Source: Euryarchaeota archaeon UBA443
Lineage (GTDB): Archaea > Thermoplasmatota > Poseidoniia > Poseidoniales > Poseidoniaceae
Direction of reading: 5' to 3'
NCBI GenBank assembly: GCA_002499195.1
Contig: DAKS01000039.1
Location: 11,720 to 75,719, forward strand
Length of the DNA stretch: 64,000 nucleotides
The number at the start of each line of letters is the position of its first letter. Positions within the stretch are counted from its first letter, which is position 1. Below the pieces are notes generated by a model. The model worked only from the letters and a program-made list of their open reading frames with translations. It had not been told where the DNA came from and made no database searches. Shown here piece after piece: positions 48,390 to 57,778 of the stretch. The position numbers and the translations under genes are program-made.

Positions 48390-49592
48390 ATCGGTTGGCT
48401 AGGATTGGACGATACGGATTCTCTTCGCGGAGGTTGTACAACAGAAGTCTTGTTTAGACTCATTCAACAACTTCCTACAGACGTTAACGTTGGCCAGGCG
48501 AGATTGGTCCGATTATGGCCATTTGCTCAACGACGCACACGCGGCAATGCGGCTGTTGCGGTTGAATTGAAAACTGATGATGAGTCAGCGTTGTTGCAAT
48601 TCCTCGAAGGATATTGGAACGATTTTATCCTCCCGCTAAGAGGTGATGTTCAAGCAAGTCAACACAGTGATCGAGAACAATTTCCTTCGGATCCAGGTAT
48701 GGTTTGGTTTTCTAAAGTTAAGAGTAATGAACTATTCTATAGAAATGGTTTACGGCAAGAAATTGGCGAGAAAGATTTGCCGGAAGCAACAAAATCATGG
48801 GGAGGTCATGGAAAGATTGGTGCGACATTAGCAGTTCATTGGCCTGCAAAAACCTCAACCTTCGAAGCTATTGCTTGGAGGATGCAAGAAAATACTGGAC
48901 CAAGAAAATTGGATGAGAAGGCGATTGCAATAGTCGATCAAATGAAAGAAACATTTCTTTGTCGAGACGGACGCTTAGGAGCATCGATGTTAGCACCTAG
49001 AGGCTCATCACCTGTCTTGTTCGGAGTGCGTACTTGGACCAAGCAATCAGCAGAAGAGGCACTTCAAATCCTCATCGATGCAACAAATACTGAACCTGTT
49101 GCAGGTTCGATAGTGTTTGAAACGAATCATGCCACAAACGATCATTTGGATGAATCATTGGAATTACAGATCGAAGCGATTGAAATTTTCAAAGGAGGAC
49201 ATGCATTGCTACATTCAACGACTGAACGATTTTTGGCGTTCAAAGAATCAGGACAGATCGCTTCAATCTGTCAAGAATTACGAGTAGGAGACGTTGTTGA
49301 ATGTAAAGGATTACGAGCGCCAGATGGATCAATACACATTGAATTTTTACAAATTTCACATCTCGTTTCGAATCGAAAACGACCGTTGTGCCCAACCTGT
49401 AACAAGTCGATGTCATCGATGGGGCGGAATCAGGGATTACGCTGTAAAAAGTGTGGATTCAAGTCCGAGGATGTATGGGATGAATCGCCACGGTCCTTGC
49501 CGATGAACCAATGGTTTCAACCACCACCGCCCTCTCGAAGGCATCTCGCTAAACCACTGGATGAGCAACCAGAAAGACAAAACAATCTTTAG
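48390..49592 (+). CDS. tiaS: tRNA(Ile2) 2-agmatinylcytidine synthetase (start uncertain: ATC 48390 or TTG 48405)
   Basis: GLDDTDS..GGCTT, LVRL.P..TRGNAAV, DPG, IGA, PVLFGVR, TNHATNDH, OB fold, CPTC..CKKC, RRHLAKP. Confidence 0.9.
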   Translation: MGWLGLDDTDSLRGGCTTEVLFRLIQQLPTDVNVGQARLVRLWPFAQRRTRGNAAVAVELKTDDESALLQFLEGYWNDFILPLRGDVQASQHSDREQFPSDPGMVWFSKVKSNELFYRNGLRQEIGEKDLPEATKSWGGHGKIGATLAVHWPAKTSTFEAIAWRMQENTGPRKLDEKAIAIVDQMKETFLCRDGRLGASMLAPRGSSPVLFGVRTWTKQSAEEALQILIDATNTEPVAGSIVFETNHATNDHLDESLELQIEAIEIFKGGHALLHSTTERFLAFKESGQIASICQELRVGDVVECKGLRAPDGSIHIEFLQISHLVSNRKRPLCPTCNKSMSSMGRNQGLRCKKCGFKSEDVWDESPRSLPMNQWFQPPPPSRRHLAKPLDEQPERQNNL

Positions 49593-49613
49593 CACCTTAG
49601 TTGAGTTGGAAGC

Positions 49614-49868
49614 ATGTCAGAGGAGACGACCAAAAACATCACGACGGTTATTCTCATTCTAATTTTCATTGGAATGATGATTTTTATTGGCGTTCGGGCA
49701 CGTCGAAACCGAGAAGATATGTTGAAAAGTCACGCACCAAAAATTGCTGGGAAAGATGAACTTGAGGGTGGGGCTAGACACCCTCAACGATTCGATGAAC
49801 CGGATGAAGAGGCTTTGGAAGAAATGGCTGAATTACTCGGTGAAGGTTCAGACGATGAAGAAGCCTGA
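49614..49868 (+). CDS. Small single-TM hypothetical protein
   Basis: N-terminal TM, RARR stop-transfer, acidic tail. Confidence 0.65.
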   Translation: MSEETTKNITTVILILIFIGMMIFIGVRARRNREDMLKSHAPKIAGKDELEGGARHPQRFDEPDEEALEEMAELLGEGSDDEEA

Positions 49869-50438
49869 TTCTTCAATTAGCAAATCACTAACATCACCAT
49901 CCTTGTCGAGATGAGTGATGTTGCGTTGGCCGGAATATAATCCCCAAATTTCGAACCCTTGACTTACAAATTCAGTTTTTGAACGAACACGATATTCCTC
50001 ATCCGACCCTGTCACATCAGTTCCAGATTTCGAGATTAGAAGTAGAGTTGTTTCTGAGTTGATACGTTGTGCAAGATCGAAAATAGCCTTCAGATTATCC
50101 TTTTCTATCCTTCCTGTTGGAGAGCACCAATCATCGAGAACGACAAGACCAACCCGGGGTAAACTCTGCTCGGCTTCAACAATAGCATCAACGCATCTAT
50201 CCATTGCACCGATGAGATTGAGGGCATGAAATCGACTAGATTCGACAATGTTCAATGAAGAAAATAGTTGAGAAAAACGTGTCGCATTTGGCATCTCAGG
50301 AGAGGCCCACAATACACGTCCACCCGATTGAATTTGATCCACTGCGCAATGAAGGCCAAAAGTTGTGCCGCCGCAACCACCTTGAACTGAGAGATGGATT
50401 CTTCTCCCAGTCAAATCGTTCGACCAACGTTCCGCCAT
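49848..50438 (-). CDS. RecA/RadB-superfamily fold protein with degenerate Walker A
   Basis: IHLSVQGGCGGTTFG, GGRVLW..PE.P...RF.Q, LVVLDD; start moved to MAERW to avoid overlap with the opposite gene. Confidence 0.6.
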   Translation of the reverse strand: MAERWSNDLTGRRIHLSVQGGCGGTTFGLHCAVDQIQSGGRVLWASPEMPNATRFSQLFSSLNIVESSRFHALNLIGAMDRCVDAIVEAEQSLPRVGLVVLDDWCSPTGRIEKDNLKAIFDLAQRINSETTLLLISKSGTDVTGSDEEYRVRSKTEFVSQGFEIWGLYSGQRNITHLDKDGDVSDLLIEESGFFIV

Positions 50439-50513
50439 AAACCATGGGTGGAGTCCTATGATTTGATTCCGTTCATGCAAAATGCTCTTGACCTCTCTCT
50501 CAATCGACAGGTT

Positions 50514-50729
50514 ATGAGCGGAGAAGTGCGAAAAGGTGAGCGAATCCCACGCAGAGAGGCTCCTCCTTACGAAGAAGCCGATAGTTTTGGTCAAGCCGTA
50601 GCTCGAGATGGTTTCTTCAAAACGGCGATTAACGATGCTAACCAATACGGTCCAATCGGTATGATGATTCTTCTTTTCATTGTCGCTACCATAACCGGTG
50701 CGGCCATCAAACTGCTTGAATCGCTCTGA
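50514..50729 (+). CDS. Small tail-anchored membrane protein
   Basis: 71 aa from MSGEV; single C-terminal TM; CTCTTGA at -29. Confidence 0.55.
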   Translation: MSGEVRKGERIPRREAPPYEEADSFGQAVARDGFFKTAINDANQYGPIGMMILLFIVATITGAAIKLLESL

Positions 50730-50785
50730 TGGCTTGAAACAATTGGATTAAAAATCGCTCTCCTGACTGTTTTGAAAGCGATATA

Positions 50786-50792
50786 TTCAAAC
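50786..50792 (+). promoter_or_regulatory. TATA-position element TTCAAAC, 29 nt before ATG 50815
   Basis: Recurring motif and offset. Confidence 0.6.
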
Positions 50793-50814
50793 CCGCTTTG
50801 TCGAAGTCTTGAGC

Positions 50815-51279
50815 ATGAGTGAGGGCTCAGTTAACGTTGAGAGTCGCACCTCTTCTCAAGATAAGCGTTGGACCATAATGGCCGCTTTGCTCGGAACAAA
50901 TACAGCAGTAATGTTGTTTCAAGGTATTGAGCAAGAAACAAATCCTACTCCTATTCGGGAAGTTGCACTCACCATTATTGCTGCAACATTGCCGTTCCAG
51001 GCGATTTATTTCCTCATCTACACCTTTCTTCTCGAGAACAATGGCAAACTTAGCCATCACATGGTAAAGAAATTGAAAACTGCATCCAACATCTGTCAAT
51101 TGTTTGCGTATATTTCCTTGGTTGGCGTTGCAATGTTGTGGTACAATCTTTCGATATATGTTGGTGTTGTCTTCTTCATATCCACTGTTTTTGCTATGAT
51201 CTTGGTACGTTATGCCATGATGACGGATGAAGAATCTCGTGATGAAATGAAGGCTAGTGCCAATGAGCAAGGTTCATGA
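50815..51279 (+). CDS. Hypothetical four-TM membrane protein
   Basis: Hydrophobic helices; promoter-like element at -29. Confidence 0.7.
   Translation: MSEGSVNVESRTSSQDKRWTIMAALLGTNTAVMLFQGIEQETNPTPIREVALTIIAATLPFQAIYFLIYTFLLENNGKLSHHMVKKLKTASNICQLFAYISLVGVAMLWYNLSIYVGVVFFISTVFAMILVRYAMMTDEESRDEMKASANEQGS
51273..51279 (+). promoter_or_regulatory. TATA-position element TTCATGA, 29 nt before purB ATG, overlapping the upstream stop codon
   Basis: Recurring motif and offset. Confidence 0.5.
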
Positions 51280-51301
51280 AGTATCTTCTTGACCAAACAA
51301 T

Positions 51302-52660
51302 ATGGCGTTCTGCCCTCTTGATTACCGATACGGCTGCCAAGATTTCAAACACATTTGGTCCGAATCAGGGCGCCATGAACGTCAATTGGAAGTTGAACGT
51401 GCACTGATTTGGGCACATTGGCAACTAGGTAGAGTGTCGGAAGATGACTATAACGCGGTAGCTGCTATTTCAAATCCAGAATCGGTACGAAAAGAACGTG
51501 TTTCTGAGATTGAAGCCGAAACACGTCATGATATCATGGCCTTAACAAAAGCCATGGCTGAAGCCGCAGGAGATGCTGGATGGTGCATACACCTCGGCGC
51601 CACATCCAATGATATCGTTGATACAGCCGTTGCATTACAACTTCGTGATAGTATCGTTTTCCTCAGAGAACAACTGTGTTTGCTGATCGGAGTTTGTGCT
51701 GATGTTGCAGAACGGGAACGTGATACTGTCATGCTGGGACGTACCCACGGGCAAGCAGCAGTTCCTATCACATTTGGACTCAAAGCAGCAGTATGGCTCG
51801 ATGAAATGCGAAGGCAACTTGTTCGACTCGATGAGGCTACACCAAGAATCGCGGTTGGTAAGTTCCTCGGTGCCGTTGGAACTGGAGCTGCTCAGGGAGA
51901 AAACGCACGTGAACTTCAGAGGCTTATTCTAACTCATCTCGGCCTTGGTGTTCCACTTGCAACCACTCAAGTTGTTGGTCGTGATCGCTACGTTGAATAT
52001 GTCTCTTGGCTAGCGAATGTGGCAACAACTTGCGAAAAGATTCTCCAAGAAATCCGTAATTTACAACGCTCCGAACTTTCGGAAGCGGGTGAAGGATTTG
52101 ATGTTAAGAAACAAGTTGGGTCTTCGACAATGGCTCACAAAAAGAATCCAATAAAATCTGAAAATGCCTCCGGACTTGCACGAATCGTACGTTCTTTTAT
52201 CATTCCAACATATGAAAATGCGCTTCTATGGCATGAAAGAGATCTTGCAAATTCAAGCAGTGAGCGTTTTACACTTTCACATGGAAGCGCATTGTGCGAA
52301 GATGTCATCTCCAAAACTCGACAAGTACTAACCAATATGTGGGTTGATGCGGAGCGATGCATGGAGAATATTCGTGCACAACGTGGTTTGGTTATGGCCG
52401 AGAAGGTTATGATCGACCTTGTTGACCGAGGTATACCTCGAGATGAGGCTCACGAAATTCTTCGTGAAGCATCCTTTACGGCTGTTGCAAATAAAGAGGA
52501 ACTCATCGATGTATGCAGTCGAACACCAGCAATTTCAGCCTCTTTCAGCGCTGAAGAATTGGAAGCGATGTTTGAACCAAGCAATCACATTGGAGTATCT
52601 GGTGAACTCGTTGATGAGGCTGTTGCACTTGCCCGTGCTGCGATTCAAACAACGGATTGA
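51302..52660 (+). CDS. purB: Adenylosuccinate lyase
   Basis: PLDYRY, RHDIMA, HLGATSNDI.DT, GRTHGQAAVP, GAVGT, GSSTMAHKKNP, HERDL. Confidence 0.95.
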   Translation: MAFCPLDYRYGCQDFKHIWSESGRHERQLEVERALIWAHWQLGRVSEDDYNAVAAISNPESVRKERVSEIEAETRHDIMALTKAMAEAAGDAGWCIHLGATSNDIVDTAVALQLRDSIVFLREQLCLLIGVCADVAERERDTVMLGRTHGQAAVPITFGLKAAVWLDEMRRQLVRLDEATPRIAVGKFLGAVGTGAAQGENARELQRLILTHLGLGVPLATTQVVGRDRYVEYVSWLANVATTCEKILQEIRNLQRSELSEAGEGFDVKKQVGSSTMAHKKNPIKSENASGLARIVRSFIIPTYENALLWHERDLANSSSERFTLSHGSALCEDVISKTRQVLTNMWVDAERCMENIRAQRGLVMAEKVMIDLVDRGIPRDEAHEILREASFTAVANKEELIDVCSRTPAISASFSAEELEAMFEPSNHIGVSGELVDEAVALARAAIQTTD

Positions 52661-53301
52661 ATCGTGAACACGCCTCTGCTAGCAGTATGATGCTCTTCTC
52701 CAGAAACCTGTAATGATCTTGACCATATTGGGCCACCGAGGACGAAGGTTTCGTACTCACCACCCTCACCATCAACATTGAATCTATGTTGAAGGGATAG
52801 ATTGTGAAGTTCATCCAATGTCGCTTTTGTAAGTACATGGCCAAGCCATGTGTGATCCAGTCCTTCACAGGAGACGGATGTCATCATGATTTCAAAACCT
52901 GCTTCAACCATACCTCGAAGGTGTTCGATTGGTGTTTGATGCCACAATGGTGCGTAGGAGTGAATGTTGAGTCGCTGACACATACATTCCAAACGTTGCT
53001 TCTGAAAATCAGAACGTAATGCACCACTGACTAAAGCATCGATTTCAAGTTGGGACAGGGCCGATTCAAGTGCTTGTATTTCATCCTCAACAGAACCCGA
53101 TGCAGGAACGTTGATCCAAGGTATCTCTGCAAGTTGTGCTTGATGTTTGACCCATTTGGTCGAAGGTACCTGAAACATATGGGAATCACCATCCTGAATC
53201 TCCACCGTGACAATCGCGACAACGTCCCAGCCACGACACATCGCCCACCACCAGGCGGCTGAGGAATCCTTTCCTCCCGAACTGAGGACTGCAATTCGCA
53301 T
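52645..53301 (-). CDS. dph6: Diphthine--ammonia ligase (PP-loop ATPase)
   Basis: LSSGGKDS, SHMFQ, SGAL.S.FQ, PLW, GEGGEYETFV. Confidence 0.88.
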   Translation of the reverse strand: MRIAVLSSGGKDSSAAWWWAMCRGWDVVAIVTVEIQDGDSHMFQVPSTKWVKHQAQLAEIPWINVPASGSVEDEIQALESALSQLEIDALVSGALRSDFQKQRLECMCQRLNIHSYAPLWHQTPIEHLRGMVEAGFEIMMTSVSCEGLDHTWLGHVLTKATLDELHNLSLQHRFNVDGEGGEYETFVLGGPIWSRSLQVSGEEHHTASRGVFTIQSVV

Positions 53302-53441
53302 AAACCACCCACGAACTTCAACTTCATGAGATTAAGGGAAAACAAGCCAAGTCTTCAAATGGGTCCTTCAATTGGATTGTATAGGGTGGTGAAGCATCAC
53401 CCTCATAAAGCGTCGAGGACGAGAAGGAATTGGTGAGATAA

Positions 53442-54164
53442 ATGCAACCTAGTGGAAGAGGATACGATCATGGAATTACAACTTTTAGCCCAGATGGACG
53501 TTTGTTCCAAGTAGAATACGCTCGCGAATCTGTCAAGCGTGGTACAACCACTGCAGGACTGAAGTTCAAAGAAGGCGTTGTTCTTGTTTGTGACAAGCGT
53601 ATTGCATCCCGCCTCATCATCCCAGAATCCATTGAGAAGATGTTCAAAATCGACGAACACGTAGGTGTTGCAACCTCTGGACTTGTCGCTGATGCACGGC
53701 AACTCGTCGCTCGAGCACGGGTTGAATCTCAAATCAACCGAATCACCTATGCAGATACAGTTCCTGTTGACGTTCTTGTCAAAAAAATCTGTGACTTCAA
53801 ACAATCGTTCACCCAATACGGTGGGTCCCGTCCATTCGGTACCGCTTTGTTGATTGGTGGTGTTGACGATGAAGGAATTCATCTCTACGAAACTGATCCT
53901 TCCGGAGCCTATCAATCATATCATGCCGGTGCAATCGGTAGCAACCGTAACACTGTAATCGAGTATTTCGAGAAGAATTGGAAGAATGGAATGACCCTAA
54001 ATGCGGCAATGAAGATGGGACTTGAAGCCCTTCGTTCTGCAAATGATACTGAATTAAACCGTGATGCTGTTGAAGTTGTCGTCGTTGATGACAAAGGATA
54101 CCGTATCCTCGACCGAGGCGAAGTTAACAAGCAGCTTGATCGTCTCAAGCCTCTTGAAGACTGA
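53442..54164 (+). CDS. psmA: Proteasome subunit alpha
   Basis: GYDHGITTFSPDGRLFQVEYA, SGLVADAR, RPFG, TDPSG. Confidence 0.97.
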   Translation: MQPSGRGYDHGITTFSPDGRLFQVEYARESVKRGTTTAGLKFKEGVVLVCDKRIASRLIIPESIEKMFKIDEHVGVATSGLVADARQLVARARVESQINRITYADTVPVDVLVKKICDFKQSFTQYGGSRPFGTALLIGGVDDEGIHLYETDPSGAYQSYHAGAIGSNRNTVIEYFEKNWKNGMTLNAAMKMGLEALRSANDTELNRDAVEVVVVDDKGYRILDRGEVNKQLDRLKPLED

Positions 54165-54202
54165 GCAATCAGTTTATTGTCCCCGTACCTATAGGTGGCC
54201 AC

Positions 54203-54895
54203 ATGGTCAGTCTAGATGATGCCGTACTTGCACGTTTGGAAAAAGGTGGAAAGCGTTATGAGGCGCTTGTTGATCCCGATCTTGTTGAACAGTGGAGAGA
54301 GGATTCCTCTAATATTGAACTTGATGACTTCATGGCAATGGATGAGATTTTTCATGATGCAAGAGCAGGTAATAGACCTACAGAAGATGCATTGATGAAT
54401 ACATTCGAAACCTTGGATGTTGAAAAAATTCTGAATATCATTCTCGAAAAGGGTTCTATTCAATTGACTACTACTCAACGAAAATCTCGTGTTGAAAACA
54501 TTCGACAACAGATTATTCATCATATCCACAGTGAGGCTATAGATCCAAAAACTAAGTCCCCACATCCACGTACAAGAATCGAATTAGCACTGGAGGAATC
54601 GAAATATTCAGTCGATCCATTCAAGCGGCTTGAAGAACAGGTAAATGATGCTATTGCGAAACTAAAACCACTCATACCTCTCAGCTTTGAATCTGTCCGT
54701 TTGGCATTTCGAATACCTGGTAGTGCTTACGGAAGTGTTAGTCAGTTATTGCGCACCTTCCAACAGAAAGAAGGTTGGCTTGAAAACGGTGATTGGGCCT
54801 GTGTTATAGAAATCCCGGCCGGAAGGAAAGGCGACATAATCGGACAAGTTCTCAAGCGAGCAAACAATGCAGAAGTCAAGGAATTGTCCTCTTAA
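54203..54895 (+). CDS. Ribosome maturation factor SBDS/Sdo1
   Basis: LARL.KGGKRYE.LVDP, IQLT..QR, DPKT..PHP..RI; conserved position after psmA. Confidence 0.93.
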   Translation: MVSLDDAVLARLEKGGKRYEALVDPDLVEQWREDSSNIELDDFMAMDEIFHDARAGNRPTEDALMNTFETLDVEKILNIILEKGSIQLTTTQRKSRVENIRQQIIHHIHSEAIDPKTKSPHPRTRIELALEESKYSVDPFKRLEEQVNDAIAKLKPLIPLSFESVRLAFRIPGSAYGSVSQLLRTFQQKEGWLENGDWACVIEIPAGRKGDIIGQVLKRANNAEVKELSS

Positions 54896-54949
54896 CAAAA
54901 GGGTGCCCTTTATCATGGGTTGTCGAGTGGGCGGTTCGGAGAGAAAAGA

Positions 54950-55636
54950 ATGTCCGAAGGTCAAGTTGGCGCCGAGCAGCGCCTCGTGACCCCGGGAATG
55001 GTCATCGGGCCATCATCCGGGAAGCGAGCAGGTTCTGGTACGATTACCGAAAACAATGAATTCATTGCCACCCGAGTGGGATGGCTTAACGAACAGAACA
55101 ATGTCGTTTCTGTTTCACCAATTAACAGTGCGTACATGCCTCGTTCCGGTGATTTGATCATTGGATTCGTTGCCGAAGTTCGAAACAACCTTTGGTTCTT
55201 CGATGTTAACGGTCCGTTCCAAGCACTCCTTCCTATGTCACTAGCACCATGGAAAGTTGAATTCGGTTCGACTCGCCAACATCTTGGCATTGGTGATGCT
55301 GCACTAGCACGTATTCAAGAAGTCGATGAAACACACAACATGGTTCTGACCATGAAAGGTGTTGGGCTACGTAGAATCAACGAAGGTGCTGTTTTATCGA
55401 TACCAGTCAACCTTATCGACACGCTACGAGGCGAAAATAACGCTATGGTTAGTAGAATTCGTGATGCAACTGATTGCAGAATTATTGTTGCTGATAACGG
55501 ACGTGTCTGGGTTCATGGTGACGCAGATAACATGAAGGTTGCACGAGAACTGATTCAAACTCTCAACCAAGAAGGACATAAAAATACATTCGAAAGTGCT
55601 GTAGAAGCACTTGAAAACGAACGAGGTGAACACTGA
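54950..55636 (+). CDS. rrp4: Exosome RNA-binding cap protein Rrp4
   Basis: LVTPG, Y.PRSGDLIIG (S1), KH-like ADNGRVW; operon position. Confidence 0.9.
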   Translation: MSEGQVGAEQRLVTPGMVIGPSSGKRAGSGTITENNEFIATRVGWLNEQNNVVSVSPINSAYMPRSGDLIIGFVAEVRNNLWFFDVNGPFQALLPMSLAPWKVEFGSTRQHLGIGDAALARIQEVDETHNMVLTMKGVGLRRINEGAVLSIPVNLIDTLRGENNAMVSRIRDATDCRIIVADNGRVWVHGDADNMKVARELIQTLNQEGHKNTFESAVEALENERGEH

Positions 55637-56364
55637 TGGGTGGATATGGAGACGTAAAATTACTACGAGAAGATGGAAAGCGACTAGATGGTCGAGCAAT
55701 CGATGAGATGCGACCAGTAACGATCGAAGCGGGAGTTCTTCCTGCTGCGCATGGATCAGCCATGGTAACACATGGACTCAACGTGGCTGTTGCGGCAGTC
55801 TACGGTCCTATGGAAGCACATCCTCGGAAGATTCAGCGACAAGATCGAGCAGTCATAGATGTGCGATATAATATGGCACCTTTCTCAACAGGTGACCGAA
55901 TCCGTCCTGGATTCAACCGACGAAGTCGAGAAATCTCCAAGGTTACTGCAGAAGCTCTTGAGTCGGTAGTACTCGTCGAGAGATACCCTCGCTCGAAGAT
56001 TCGAGTTGAAATCGAAATCCTCGCCGCTGAAGCAGGTACACGATGTGCGGGTATCACCGCTGCATCTGTCGCTCTTGCTGATGCTGGAATTCCAATGCGA
56101 GACATGATTGTCGGTGTTGCATCAGGTAAAATCGAAGACACCGTTGTTCTTGACTTGGATAAGGCTGAAGATAACTACGGTCAAGCAGACCTTCCGGTTG
56201 GAATCCTGCCAAATACTGGTGAAATCGCATTCTTGCAAATGGATGGAGATCTTTCCATTGACGAATATAATCTCGCTATGGAATACAATTTCAAAGCAGC
56301 CAAAGAAATCCATGAAGAGATGGTTGACGCTTTGAAGCGTCGATATGAAGGAGGTGAGGCCTGA
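55636..56364 (+). CDS. rrp41: Exosome exonuclease Rrp41
   Basis: RLDGR..EMRP, YNMAPFS, RRSREISK, AGTR, DLDKAED. Confidence 0.95.
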   Translation: MGGYGDVKLLREDGKRLDGRAIDEMRPVTIEAGVLPAAHGSAMVTHGLNVAVAAVYGPMEAHPRKIQRQDRAVIDVRYNMAPFSTGDRIRPGFNRRSREISKVTAEALESVVLVERYPRSKIRVEIEILAAEAGTRCAGITAASVALADAGIPMRDMIVGVASGKIEDTVVLDLDKAEDNYGQADLPVGILPNTGEIAFLQMDGDLSIDEYNLAMEYNFKAAKEIHEEMVDALKRRYEGGEA

Positions 56365-57149
56365 TGGTCGAACTAGTTCCTTCCCTATTGCGACAAGAAC
56401 TCAATCGTTTAGCTGAAGATGGTCAACGAATTGATGGTCGTGGACAATTCGATGGACGCGATGTTCATCTTGAAGTTGATTGTCTCTACAACGCTGAAGG
56501 ATCTGCAAAGGTCGTTTGGGGCGATACCATCATCTATGCTGGAGTTAAGTTTGAAATTCGAACACCATGGCCTGACCGACCTGCACAAGGATCGCTCATG
56601 TGTGGTGCTGAACTTCGACCAGTTGCACACCGTAAATACGAGCCAGGTCCACCATCACCACAATCGATTGAACTCGGCCGTGTTGTAGATCGTGGAATCC
56701 GTGAATCAGGTTGCATTGACATGGAAGAATTGTGTATTGTTCCTGGCGAGAAAGTCTGGGGTGTTATGATAGATATCCACGTCCTTTCTGATGGAGGCAA
56801 CATATTCGATGCTGCAGGTCTTGCCGCTATCGCTGCTCTGCGAACTGCGGTCGTTCCAGCAGAACGATTCGATGTTGGCGAAGATTACACTTTGAAAGTC
56901 AATGGAACGCCAATTATGGCTTCATTCAAGCGAGCCGGTGGACGCTTCGTATACGACCCGAGCGAGGAAGAAGAACTCGGCGGTGACGAGCGAATTCACA
57001 TCACCCTTGGTGATGAAGGACACCTCCACTCATTACAGAAGGGGCTAAAAGGAGTCTTCACTCCGGACGAATTTGCCGAGATTCTAGCGGTCGCCGAACA
57101 GAAGTGCAGTGAACTGAGAGAAATGGTAGCAGAAAAGGAGGGGAACTGA
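56364..57149 (+). CDS. rrp42: Exosome component Rrp42
   Basis: RIDGR, AEGSA, EPGPP..IELGRVVDRGIRES, DGGNIFDA. Confidence 0.95.
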   Translation: MVELVPSLLRQELNRLAEDGQRIDGRGQFDGRDVHLEVDCLYNAEGSAKVVWGDTIIYAGVKFEIRTPWPDRPAQGSLMCGAELRPVAHRKYEPGPPSPQSIELGRVVDRGIRESGCIDMEELCIVPGEKVWGVMIDIHVLSDGGNIFDAAGLAAIAALRTAVVPAERFDVGEDYTLKVNGTPIMASFKRAGGRFVYDPSEEEELGGDERIHITLGDEGHLHSLQKGLKGVFTPDEFAEILAVAEQKCSELREMVAEKEGN

Positions 57150-57506
57150 TTGGCAAAGAGAACCCAGAAAGCAAAGGCAACAGCCCGATTTGGTGCACGA
57201 TATGGTGTTAGCGTTCGACGTAATGCTGGAAGTGCTTTGGCAAAGAAGAATGCCAAGTACACCTGTCCAGTTTGTCACTACCGCAAGGTAACCCGCCAAT
57301 CAGTCGGCATCTGGTCCTGCAGTAAGTGTGGCCACACCTTCGCTGGCGGTGCATGGGAACCATTCACTCGAGCAAGCGATGCAAACTCCCGTATCCTTCG
57401 ACGATCTGTTGAAGGAGCAACAACTGCGGATATGGCATTCATTGCACAACAAGCTGCTCTAGACTTTGAGCGAAAGGCTGCTGAAGACGCATCTGAAGAA
57501 GAGTGA
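57150..57506 (+). CDS. rpl37ae: 50S ribosomal protein L37Ae (eL43) with C-terminal extension, TTG start
   Basis: RFGARYG..R, CPVC..GIWSCSKC..FAGGAW. Confidence 0.93.
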   Translation: MAKRTQKAKATARFGARYGVSVRRNAGSALAKKNAKYTCPVCHYRKVTRQSVGIWSCSKCGHTFAGGAWEPFTRASDANSRILRRSVEGATTADMAFIAQQAALDFERKAAEDASEEE

Positions 57507-57511
57507 GCATT

Positions 57512-57778
57512 ATGGCGGAGACGCCCTTCTCACTTGTTTGTACCATCGCACGAGCGGATGCTGCAGATATTAGAGCGATGCGTGATTCCCTCATCTCAGA
57601 AGCAGAAAGTCATTCTATTGATGATAATACATTTTCATTTCGCTTGGATGAAAATAATGCAAAAGATTTGCGGGCTATGTGGAATACACGAATTCGTGGA
57701 TTGATTGCAGCGGACGAAATTCTACAGGCGATTGAATCCGCAGGTTCATCAACCAAAGACAACTCGATGGATGCATGA
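57512..57778 (+). CDS. KEOPS subunit Pcc1-like protein
   Basis: Size and position between rpl37ae and pfdB; DLRAMWNTRIR resembles Pcc1 LRA..N..LR. Confidence 0.55.
   Translation: MAETPFSLVCTIARADAADIRAMRDSLISEAESHSIDDNTFSFRLDENNAKDLRAMWNTRIRGLIAADEILQAIESAGSSTKDNSMDA

Noticed and set aside
50439-50645. Long bidirectional overlap between ORFs 49848-50645 (-) and 50394-50729 (+)
   Set aside because: Resolved by downstream starts (50438 and 50514), each with a promoter-like element at -29, leaving a normal divergent gap
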